From positions 24,737,899-24,801,898 of the forward strand of contig OZ316891.1 of NCBI GenBank assembly GCA_973895155.1: a DNA stretch of 64,000 bases, read 5' to 3'. Numbering within the stretch: the first letter of the stretch is position 1; each line of letters begins with the position of its first letter. The position numbers and the translations under genes were made by a program. Origin of the DNA: Marsupella aquatica. Taxonomy: Eukaryota; Plantae; Marchantiophyta. Below are positions 32,410 to 42,240 of the stretch, one piece after another. Below the pieces are notes generated by a model that saw nothing but the letters and a program-made list of their open reading frames with translations, made no database searches and was not told where the DNA came from.

Positions 32410-35400
32410 GCTTCCCTGGAAACCTACTATACCTACTGTCATAAAGTAACACAAGATCACCGGTGTGAATACTAACTACTTTCAACTTTTTATCATACTG
32501 CTGCTTCATGATATTCTGTCTATATTCTACTCTCTCGGTTGAAATCATTCTCGCCTCTTCTAAAGCTTCTAACCTATATTCTCGCTCCTTTAGGCTCTCC
32601 TCCGCTGAGGCTCTTTCCTCAATTGTAACTTGAAATGTCGGTATCTCAAGTTGCATGGGTACCAAGGCTTCTTGTCCAAAGGTTAAGAAGAAGGGTGTAT
32701 GACCGGTAGTGGATTTATAGGCTAAATTATAAGCAAAAACAGCAGAAAACAATTTATCATCCCAATCGAGTTTGTTCTGAGCTACTGTCTTGTTCAATAT
32801 CTTTCCTATAATCCCATTGGCTCGTTCTGTCAATCCATTTGCCTTTGGGTGGTAAGGAGTGGTAGGCCTATGTCTAACTAAATACTGCTCATTTAAACGA
32901 CTAATTATATCATTCAGAAAATGGGTTCCTCTATCACTAACTAATTCTAGGGGTGCTCCATACCTGGTGAAGATCTGCTCATACATGAATCTAGCCGTAG
33001 TAATTGCATCATCCTTCGTGGTCGGTCTGGCCTCTACCCATTTAGTTGCATAATCCGTAGCCAGGATTATGTACTTGTTTCATCGAGGGTGGGTCAGTGG
33101 TTTCAGAGGTCCGATGTAATCAATACCCCACTTCTCGAATGGTGCCAGAGGTAGAATAGGGTGCAGTGGATGTCTGGTGGACGCCCTTGGTCCTCCCGCT
33201 CGTTGACAAGGATCGCATTGTTTGATAAACTGATAGACATCCTTGTGCAAGGTAGGCCACCAGTAACCGGCATTTAATATCTTTTTAGACGTGGTTACTG
33301 GAGCAAAATGTCCTCCAGCCTCTTCTCCATGCATAGCCCGTAAGACTCGTTTTACCTCTCCTTTTTCCAAACACCTTTGGATAGTGCCGCTGATTCCATA
33401 CCTGTGTAGCACACCCTTAATGTACTAATACTGTCTGACCTTCCGCAAAAAGACTGCGGCTTGTTCTCGGGTTAGCCCTGGCTGTAATCTGGACGTGCTG
33501 AGAAATTGCAAAATCTCTGGGTACCATGTATCAGCTATTTCCACAACGAATAGCTCCTCGTCGGGAAATCGATCATCGATGCAATCCGTGGCTGGTTCAC
33601 CTGTGATCCTTGAAAAGAAGTCGGCATTGGCATGTAGCTTCCCCGGCTTGATCCTCAGCTCATAGTCAAACTCCTGTAATAGCAAAATCCATCTTGCTAC
33701 TCTGCCTGTAAGGTCCGGCTTATTGACTAGGTACTTCAAACTTTCATGATCGGTATGAAAGATTACCTTGTACCCTAGTAAATAATGCCTAAACTTTTTA
33801 CAGGAATAAATGACTCCTAATGCTTCTCTCTCTGTGGTGGAGTAGTTCCGTTCGGCATCGGCAAGCTGACGGCTTGCAAAGTATATGGGATGGTCCCTTC
33901 CTTTCTCATCCAACTGACTTAGTACTAAGCCGATACAGAAGCCCGAGACATCTACACAAACATGAAAATCTTTGTTCCAGTCCGGTGCTATCATGACTGG
34001 GGCCTCAACTAACATCTGCTTCAATTCTACCACCGCTGTGACTCGTTTGGGTGTGGGTTCGAAGTCTGCCCCTGCCTTGAGCACGTTGGTTAATGGTAAA
34101 GCTAGCTTGGAAAACTCTTTAATAAACCGACGATAATACCCAATGCAGCCTAAGAAGGATCTTACATCCTTTATGTTCTTAGGTTGCATGATGTCAAGCC
34201 ATACTGCTAGCTTACCTTTGTCAATCTCAATGCCCTTCTTTGATACCTTGTGACCTAGTAGCATCCCCTCGGTTACTGCAAAGAAACATTTATCTGGGTG
34301 TAACTTGAGACCTACCTCTCTGCATCTCATGAAGGTTTTCCTGAGATATTTAGCATGTTTCAATGCCTTCCCGAATACTGCAAAGTCATCAATGAAGATT
34401 TCCATGAACTTTCTCAAGTAATCATGAAAAATGTTCACCATCAATCGTTGGAACATAGCTGGTGCGTTGCAGAGTCCAAACGGCATACGATTGAAGACAT
34501 AGATCCCCCATTCCGTGATGAAGGCCATCTTGATTTGGTCTTCCTGCCGAATCCTGATTTGGTTATAACCAGAGTACCCATCCATGAATGAATATAGTTC
34601 ATGACTGGCTACCATGTCTAGTACCATATCAGTAAAGGGTAAGGGAAAATGGTCTTTTAACGTCGCTTCATTCAGTTTCCTGTAATCCTGACAAACCCGG
34701 ATCTTGGGTTTACCATCGGGTCCAGCTTTCTTGGGAACTATCACAATTGGAGACACCCAGTCTGAATGCAGGACTGGAGTGATGAATCCAGCTTCCACTA
34801 GTTTGTCGATTTCCGTTTTGACCAGCAGGGAATACTTCGGGTTCATCCTTTGAATTGGTTGTCGAAATGATTTGGCCCCTAACATGAGATCGATTTGGTG
34901 TTCTCCTAGTTTTGGGTCTACTCCCTTTAGATCTTGGTGACTCCATGCAAACACATCCTGAAATTCAATCAATAAGTCATTGATCTCTTTCTCGAGCTCA
35001 GGTGCTAGGTTTCTCCCTAAATTCAGTTCCCTTCCCTCTCCTAAGTCTAGCTTCCGATATTGCCGTGCTTGGATCATATTAATCTGCTTCTTCAAATTCG
35101 GGTCCAGCTCGGCTTCCAGTCTCTCTAGTCTCATACCTCCATAAACTGGAATCTCGGCTGTAATAGCCGAGTCGGTTTCTACCTTGGTGCCCACAGATTG
35201 TCCCCTTGCCGGTCTATGCGGTTTTGAATTGTTTGTTGGCTTCCCATCCTGACTCGGCTCTGGATTTTGTCTGTGCATCTCATCCACCTCTTCCTCCTGA
35301 GTGTCAGGCCGCTGTGCTCTCCCGGCTTCTAATAGGGCCTTAATTTGTTCTGCCCTCATAATCGGCTTGTATGCCAATCCCTTGGTATTTAATTCCTTGC

Positions 35401-35632
35401 CGATGATCGATGGCGTTGTGAACCCTGCCGGCTCTGCCACAATGCCTGCAAAAAATCCCCTGTCCCTGCTACTACTCCCCACTTAGCCGTTTCAACCAAT
35501 TGGTCTACATCCTTTACTTCCTCCGGAATTGCAGCTAAAAAGGTGGATTCTATTGTAAAGCAGTCCTTGACTTCTTCGTCTTCTTCTTCCAAGTCACCTT
35601 CCATAGGTTCTTGCCATAGTCCGCTGGGGGGT
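32410..35632 (-). mobile_element. pol: Element C: truncated antisense relic of family A (end of gag-PR plus RT-RH-most of INT; nonsense codons near 33425 and 33080)
   Basis: Minus-strand ORFs 33425..35482, 33080..33412 and 32384..32986 are nearly identical to A pol; cut at SRFPGK by element B; homology ends abruptly at ~35632. Confidence 0.93.
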
Positions 35633-35803
35633 CATGTACTTCATCAGTTATCAGTGAGTTTCATCATTGACTGATATCAGTCCAACACCGAAACTCAGCG
35701 AATCAGCTGAGATGAATTCTTCTGAAACTTCGTATACAACATGTTGCTCTGTTGTGAAATATTCACAAATTGAATTCACAAAGGCAATCCATCGATCCTC
35801 TAT

Positions 35804-36976
35804 CTACAAACTGATCGACTGGCAGATTAGGTCTACAATAATCTTTTGTCGTATAAGCAGTACATGTTTAGGGTCAACCGCCAATACAGAGCCTCTAGAA
35901 AGACGCTCCATGTACATTATGACATATACTCCACAATTGTAACTATCGGGTTGGGCTGGAATATTGTCGCGGACGATGCGTTGCCACTGTAATGGCAATA
36001 AGTGGGGACAATTGCGCAAGCGGGACAGGTCATGGAGAAACCGACCGACATTCACCAAATCGTTGCATTCCGATGCTTTGCCTCCAATGGGATCGAGCAA
36101 ATGTAGTTGCTGCAAAGTAAAATCGACCACAGCTAGTACCCAATGTTTTGGCCTGTGGATGGGGATTAGAATGAGGTCAAATGAAAAGACGTCAATGCCC
36201 TTCACAAATGCCAACGCTGCGTTGAAGCTGTACGCAGGATGCGTCAAGACATTATAAAAATGTGTGGGCAAAAGCATGCATTTGGGTTTTGCAATGACCT
36301 CTGCTCTACGCTCCAATAGAGGAATGTAAGCATTGATGATGTCACAAGTGAGCCATTTTTTTGCCCTCAAGCATTTGAAATCTTTTCTCTTCAATTTTAA
36401 GTCGCCGAGGCTGACTAGGACTTCATCTTGGTCCCTGTTGGAGTCCAATGCTTCTTTGACTATGGTCGCAAGTATGGCGGGTTGATGTCGTTGTGCAGGC
36501 ACCCCCTGATTCGGTCGTTGGTGCATAGGCACCCCCTGATTGACTCCTTGTTGGGCAGTCACTACCTCGTCGACTGGTTGTTGTGGCTCAGTTTGCTTCT
36601 GAGCTGCAATGATGGTAAATTCACCCAAAAATTACTCTTCGGAATTGGAGCTTGACAAACTTATGCTTGCATGGTGAGTTTGGAGACTATCACTATCACT
36701 TCCTACCAAGCTACTCTCATCCGATTCATCCTCTTCTGCCCTATCATCGACAAATTTGAGAGTCTTCCTTGTTCTCTCTTTCACAAAATGAGCAACTCTT
36801 TCTTCATGATACGTATCAGCGTAGCACGGTAGGCTTGACTTCTCCGGAGAGAATAATGCCGAAGCTTCCTCCCAAGCGAGCTTCACAAGTCGTCTGTCCT
36901 GTGTGTCCCATTCCTCGGTTGCCGACTCGGTGGTCCTGTCGGGAACTGCTACTAAGTTATACTTAAATCGAATCAT
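35804..36976 (-). pseudogene. Ulp1/SENP-type (peptidase C48) SUMO-protease-like gene; catalytic domain in 35804..36628, in-frame acidic N-terminal piece 36632..36976 separated by one TAA
   Basis: WLTCDIINAY, THFYN, ILIPIHRPKHWVLAVVD, LLDP, QPDSYNCGVYV: His-Asp-Cys triad plus Gln of C48 proteases. Confidence 0.85.
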
Positions 36977-37129
36977 GTATTGCGCCGGAATAGACGGATC
37001 ACAAGAACGAATTTGTGAGGCAAGTGAGCCGATGTGGACACCCCAGATAATCCATTGAGTCGCCTTTCGAGATAGATCTCAGAGAGGCTAGCCAAGATGT
37101 ATTTTTGTCCCTCCACACGCATCTAAGGC

Positions 37130-37440
37130 CCTACGTGGACTTGCCAGTAGAAGTTGACGTGGCCAGGCCACCCGGGATTCATTTGGGCGAGGCCCGCCGA
37201 CATGCATCTTAGAGAGGCCCGTTGAGATGGACTTGCCTGGAAATCTGAATATGCCCGGGCCAGATGCGATTCCTCTCGGCGAGGCCCGCCGACATGCATC
37301 TCAGAGAGGCAGCTGAGAGGGACTTTCCAGCAAATCTCAAAGTGCCCGGGCCAGATGCAATCCTCTCGGCTAGGCCGGCCGACATGCATCTTGGAGAGGT
37401 CAGCCGAGATGGATTTGCCCAGATGGAGAGCCATCTCGGA
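37130..37440. repeat. Tandem repeat, ~90-92-bp unit, about 3.5 copies
   Basis: Core GGC(G/T)AGGCC(C/G)GCCGACATGCATCT at 37186, 37278 and 37368; TGCCCGGGCCAGATGC also repeated. Confidence 0.85.
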
Positions 37441-37474
37441 GAGTCCGCTGAAATACTATGGGACAATATTAAAA

Positions 37475-38109
37475 TCATTGAAGGGAAACGGTAGTAAACT
37501 CACATGAAGGCTTTTTATTCTTGCGCTTTTCTGGATTGGATTTTTGACGATCCACTGCCTCCTCTTGCTCCGTTAGAGGCACTCCAACGAACTCTGTCAT
37601 TGTGTCTTCCGCATAAGATTTGAAGTACGGATAGGATTCGGTCCCAAAGACCATCCGCCCACAGTTCTCACCAGCCTTAAAGATAGCCCCGAAGTGTGCA
37701 TTGAACGTGACAATAGTTCCCCCTGGCTTAGTTGTATATTCTATTATACATTGGAGTGTAGCTGGAGACAAGGTGCCACCAAAATCATCAATGGTCTCAT
37801 TCTGACCCGTTGTATAGTTAGTTAGCCCGTTCCTCAACTTCATATCAAGCTCGACACTGATTGGCTTCACGTCATCCTTTGGGCATACCTCGGCAGATGA
37901 TTTAAATCCCCAAAGGTCCAGCTTGAGATATTCACTCTGGACGTACAGAACAAAGTCAATGATGAGTCTTTCCGAGTACAAGTCACCGAAAGAACATAAG
38001 ACAAGAATGGAGTTAAATCTATTAGACTTACCCGCTTTCGAGTCGTGAAGTCGAAGGTGGGTGTGGCGTTCCAAATGAAAAAGGTGTCTTTCAGCACCCA
38101 ATTGGTCTC
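37475..38109 (-). pseudogene. 5'-truncated ORF whose C-terminal part resembles an N4/N6 DNA methyltransferase SAM-binding region (degenerate)
   Basis: PATLQCIIEYTTKPGGTIVTFNAHFGAIFKAGENCGRMVFGTE follows the spacing of P..L...I...T.PG..VLDPF.GSG....A....GR...G.E; frame is open up to the element D junction. Confidence 0.4.
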
Positions 38110-38467
38110 TGTGATGCCGCCGGTACGGCGGTTAATGAGTGATTCAGTCTAACTGCGCTCGGCACGCGCATTAGGTGGGTCTTAGGCCGCTATTATTAGC
38201 ATAACGACAGTATTTAGGTAATCATTAGGGGTAGGACATCATTAGGCAATAAGGGGGACTTCAGGTTCGGGCTGGCGGCGGGTTGCTATTCGCACACCCG
38301 GGTTACGAGCGTGGAGGGGCCCCTCCATCGGGTCCGTATAACGAACTTAAGGAAGCGGCCACTGACGCACGCTGACTCAGACCGGCGGAGTGGCCGGTGC
38401 ACCACAAGCGTGAGCGGTTCAACCTATGGGCGTCGAGGAGACGTCGGGGATCGACAAGCCCTCAAAG

Positions 38468-38475
38468 TATAAAAA
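38468..38475 (+). promoter_or_regulatory. TATA box upstream of the D LTR ORF
   Basis: TATAAAAA about 100 nt before ATG 38576, followed by a CT-rich leader; also present in the 3' LTR. Confidence 0.55.
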
Positions 38476-38575
38476 GGGAGCCAACCCTTTGTAGTGCACC
38501 AGTCCATCAGTCCGCGCGCCAGCTTCGACCCCAGCTCTCTCGTTCTCTCTAGGTCGCCACTACTATCTCCTCTGA

Positions 38576-41218
38576 ATGTCGCACACGATCCTCTCCAGCT
38601 CGGCCATTCGATTCTGGACGCAGTTCCTATCTACCGGAAGGCACTTGGCCGATTCATTGAAACACGCCAACCCGCGCCGATACGAGATCGAATGCGAATA
38701 CGAGAGAGCCATCCGCCTAGCAGGACGACACCACTACGTCCTTAACTTTGACTACCCGTCTCAGAGCGAGCTTTACCGACCAGCTGAGGTATCTGGGTAC
38801 TTCTTCAACGGAGACAAATATATCGGGTTCTGGGAAGCATTGCTTCGGCTTCCGGACGAGGTCTTCAATATCCCGGGTACAATCGACCTGCAGCGACATC
38901 ACTTCGACCACATCCCTGCCCAGGTTCGGGCTGTCATTAACGGCGAGTCCAGTACCAACCGTTCGACAAGGGCGTCCGCACTCGCTTCGGAGAACTTCTA
39001 CCAGCACCTACAGAGCTTCATGGGAACTCGGCCATCAACCAACATGACCAACTCAGCCGGACCCGTACCCGTACCCGTACCCGTGCCCATGCAACCTCAG
39101 CTTCGGCTTCAGCCTCAGCCGTGGCCTAGCCAAACCCCACCACCTATCACCCAGCCAGCACAGGTACGCTCCGTCATCAGCGCTGTGGATCTTAGCGATG
39201 ACGACGAGGCTACCCCACCCTTGACCAGGCGGCCCAGAGGAACAAGCGCTCGGGGGGCCGACACTATATCGTCCCCACCCCCTGCTCTGACCCCAGGAGC
39301 GGCCCCAGCAGACAACATGGTGACCGTGGCCGCCCCGGGCCCGTTACCAACCGCAGTGGCACTCCCCAGGCCCGATCGGGAGGATGGGGAAGTATCACCT
39401 TCCCCGAGTCAGTCACGGGGAAAGAAGAGGAAGGAATCCGCCAGTGCATCCGGGTTACCGTTGGCCACGGTAGCCGTAGCCAAGGTAACGATGCATCGCA
39501 TGGGGGAAAACGTTCACAGCAACATCCTCCATCCCAAGCATGCAGTGTACCTGAAGACTCAGGGATTTGAGCACCTCGCCTCTCTCCCCTGGAACACTTG
39601 CAGGTACTACGGGGAGGACATGACAGAATTCGTCAAGAATTATGATGACGTACGTCAACAGACTCGGCTGCGGGGAAGGAATATGTCCCTCACAGAAGAA
39701 CGGCTCAAGATGATCTTCGGGTTACCTGAAGGTGACCATCGAGTCGAATCACGGGCTCCCGGGGGCAAGGGGGCCAAGTACCAATCTTCAAGTTTTCCCT
39801 TAGAGGGATCAGTGGACAACGGGTTCGTGATGAGGACCTGCCTCATGCCCGAGATAGCTGAGCGGCTGGAGTTCCAGAGGTACGCTCTCCACATGATGGA
39901 ACCCCGGGGGGAGATCTCCGCCGCCCAGGTCATCCAGGTCGAGAACTATCGACCTAGGAAATGGGCGTCGTACTTCGCTAAGAAATTCCATGAAGAGATG
40001 GAGCGGCAAAGGAAGACGCTGTACATTGGCGGGAAAGCGTATTTCGCTAGCCACATCGAAATCATTCTTGAGTGGTACGCCCGGTTTGATCGACGAACCC
40101 TTCCCCGCATCAACGTTACAAAGCTGGTCCCAGCTAGGTGGGTTTTTCTGGCATTGGAGAGACGGCCCCAACCCGAGGCCCGAAGTCCAGTGGACACGCC
40201 AGCTTCACCCACCCCACCTCCACAAATAGCTGTAATCGTAACCGAGGAGGCGCCGGAGGGGTCGGTCGTCGCAACCGTTGATGCGACCCAACTAGCCGGG
40301 CTAAGTACAGAAGTTGGTACGGCAGAGGTCTTACCCAAACCCGGGTCTCCCAAGGACCCGCCGGTGGCAATTCCGGAGAATCGGACATTGCTGCAGGAGG
40401 ATACTCCGGCCCCTTCCAACGTTATGTCCCCAGGGCTGGACGTCACTGCCCCGGCCCCTGCGCGTGTTGATGTCTGCCCGTGCCCAAATCCGAACAGGCA
40501 CAACTTGGACCACCCGGAACTCTTCATACAGGGTACGTTTCTGAACGGGCTTCTGGGAGATTTCTCTCATCAAATTGCCCGGGATACCGGGGAGTTCATG
40601 GCCCGGAAGGTAGCCTGTTTCTTCAATCAGGAGTTGGTTGCCGCCGTAAAGGCAGGGCGGGCCCAGTTGGAGGCCCTTCAGAGGATAGAGCGGTACCGGG
40701 TGGAGTCCGTGTACCTAAAGAACAAAGTGGCGGCTCAAGAGGCTGAGCTTCTGCAACTACGACCCAAGGTTGCAGCCGCCGATGAGTTGTTAGCAAAGGC
40801 GTACGCTCTTACCGCCCTAGCCGAACAGGCCAAAGTTGGGAACGAGGCCGAGATTACACGACTCCGGAACCAGATTGACAGTTTGAAGAAACAAGCTGTC
40901 ACCTGGCAGAAAGACCTGGAGGAGGCCGAGGAGCGAGCCCAGCGGGACGCGACGGAGATAGCCACGCTGCAGGCCGAGATGGCGCGGCTCCAAACCGAGG
41001 CCGACAAGCAGGACCAGTTGGCGAGTAAACTGACGAGCGACGCCCAGCAGCTGGAGGAGGCATGTCAGGAGGCAGCAGAGGAGACGGACGCGGCGAGGCG
41101 AGAGAACGAATCTCTGCTGGACCAGGTCCAGCTCCTCAAAGCGGACAATGACAGGCTTCGAAGGCAGCGGGATGGCCGTTCCCATTCGGGCGGCTCTGGC
41201 AAGCGTGCCAGGCATTAG
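38576..41218 (+). CDS. LTR-encoded accessory protein of D (880 aa, intact)
   Basis: ATG-initiated ORF wholly in the LTR; GFEHLASLPW, EFV, LTEERLKMIFGLP, DNGFVMRTC; RGKKRKE basic patch; C-terminal coiled coil. Confidence 0.88.
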   Translation: MSHTILSSSAIRFWTQFLSTGRHLADSLKHANPRRYEIECEYERAIRLAGRHHYVLNFDYPSQSELYRPAEVSGYFFNGDKYIGFWEALLRLPDEVFNIPGTIDLQRHHFDHIPAQVRAVINGESSTNRSTRASALASENFYQHLQSFMGTRPSTNMTNSAGPVPVPVPVPMQPQLRLQPQPWPSQTPPPITQPAQVRSVISAVDLSDDDEATPPLTRRPRGTSARGADTISSPPPALTPGAAPADNMVTVAAPGPLPTAVALPRPDREDGEVSPSPSQSRGKKRKESASASGLPLATVAVAKVTMHRMGENVHSNILHPKHAVYLKTQGFEHLASLPWNTCRYYGEDMTEFVKNYDDVRQQTRLRGRNMSLTEERLKMIFGLPEGDHRVESRAPGGKGAKYQSSSFPLEGSVDNGFVMRTCLMPEIAERLEFQRYALHMMEPRGEISAAQVIQVENYRPRKWASYFAKKFHEEMERQRKTLYIGGKAYFASHIEIILEWYARFDRRTLPRINVTKLVPARWVFLALERRPQPEARSPVDTPASPTPPPQIAVIVTEEAPEGSVVATVDATQLAGLSTEVGTAEVLPKPGSPKDPPVAIPENRTLLQEDTPAPSNVMSPGLDVTAPAPARVDVCPCPNPNRHNLDHPELFIQGTFLNGLLGDFSHQIARDTGEFMARKVACFFNQELVAAVKAGRAQLEALQRIERYRVESVYLKNKVAAQEAELLQLRPKVAAADELLAKAYALTALAEQAKVGNEAEITRLRNQIDSLKKQAVTWQKDLEEAEERAQRDATEIATLQAEMARLQTEADKQDQLASKLTSDAQQLEEACQEAAEETDAARRENESLLDQVQLLKADNDRLRRQRDGRSHSGGSGKRARH

Positions 41219-42129
41219 CGGCGGAGTAGGAATAGATTAGGATTAGGATTGGCTTAGTCAGGCTCTTGGGACAGGCACCTGCCTTAGGTACAGCAACGCT
41301 GCCCTGCTGTCCAGCCTGCGTAGATTAGGATCTTCTAATAAGACACAGCCGTTTTCCGGCCTGACTGTCAGCTTAGTTAGGACCTTGGTCAGCGGATCTT
41401 CGGCGGGAGGACGCCCCGTTCCTCGGCTCTTAGTATTTAGTGCACCCCTCGGTAGAGGCAAGGGGGGGTTTTTAGTTTCAGAGTCGGACATCCGCGGGAC
41501 ATGCGGGGAGTCCCGACCTCTGGGAATGATAGAGTACCAAGGGGAGGGGGTAGGACTAAGCTCGCCGGGCGAGTGCGGAGCCGGGCTCCGTTGTAGTGTG
41601 CACCCTTGGCCTTGAACCTGTGCATTCCAGGGCTGTCGTGTCAACTAAGTGTACGCATATGTTCCCTTTGTAGTAAAATCCTTTCCCATCATTTTTCCTT
41701 CGTGTAAATCGAGATTGTATGCATGTGTGCGCATATGTGTGTGGGTTTCTCGTATATGGGTGGCAGCGCCGGGCCGAACGCACTACCCGAGACGTGCACA
41801 GGGTGCAGCCTGCGGGTAAGTGGTTGCGAGCACGGGTTGAGGACCTGTATCATCAAATCCGGATCGAAGGCGGACAGCACGAAGGCTTAGAAGCCCTTAA
41901 GCCGGGGTCGATCCTGCTATCGACTAAAGTACGTTCCGGCGGCGGAACACAAACCATACCTAGGAGGTGTCCGTATTTAGCAGTATGCGCACTTAGCGCT
42001 AGTTTACGAGAATAAGGTGCATTACGTGCTTCCCTTCCTGCCCGAACCCTCAGATTTACGAGGGATGTGCCCGTCTAAGCTGAAGTCTGAGTTAAGGCCG
42101 AAGCCTACGACGTGACATAGCCTTTGTTT

Positions 42130-42146
42130 TGGCGCTAGATGGAGGG
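42130..42146 (+). other. PBS of element D (tRNA-Asn-like)
   Basis: TGGCGCTAGATGGAGGG. Confidence 0.8.
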
Positions 42147-42240
42147 GGCACTCTACATATCGTAGAGGGGAGACATGTGCGTATTCACCTAGGCAGGATA
42201 CATCAGGACGTAGTACTAACCATTGCATTTATATGAGTAA

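Larger units (their letters stand above)
38110..42117 (+). repeat. Element D 5' LTR (~4008 bp; 3' end inferred at CGTGACA)
   Basis: Repeated at 48205-50192 and 63682-64000; last CA before the PBS. Confidence 0.85.

Noticed and set aside
32384-32986. Apparently complete 200-aa integrase ORF
   Set aside because: Fragment of pseudogenised element C; its last residues come from the B LTR
35633-35700. CACTA, Helitron or TIR terminus at the C/island junction
   Set aside because: No CACTA/CACTG end, CTRR end or second terminus is visible in the window, so the cause of the truncation cannot be assigned
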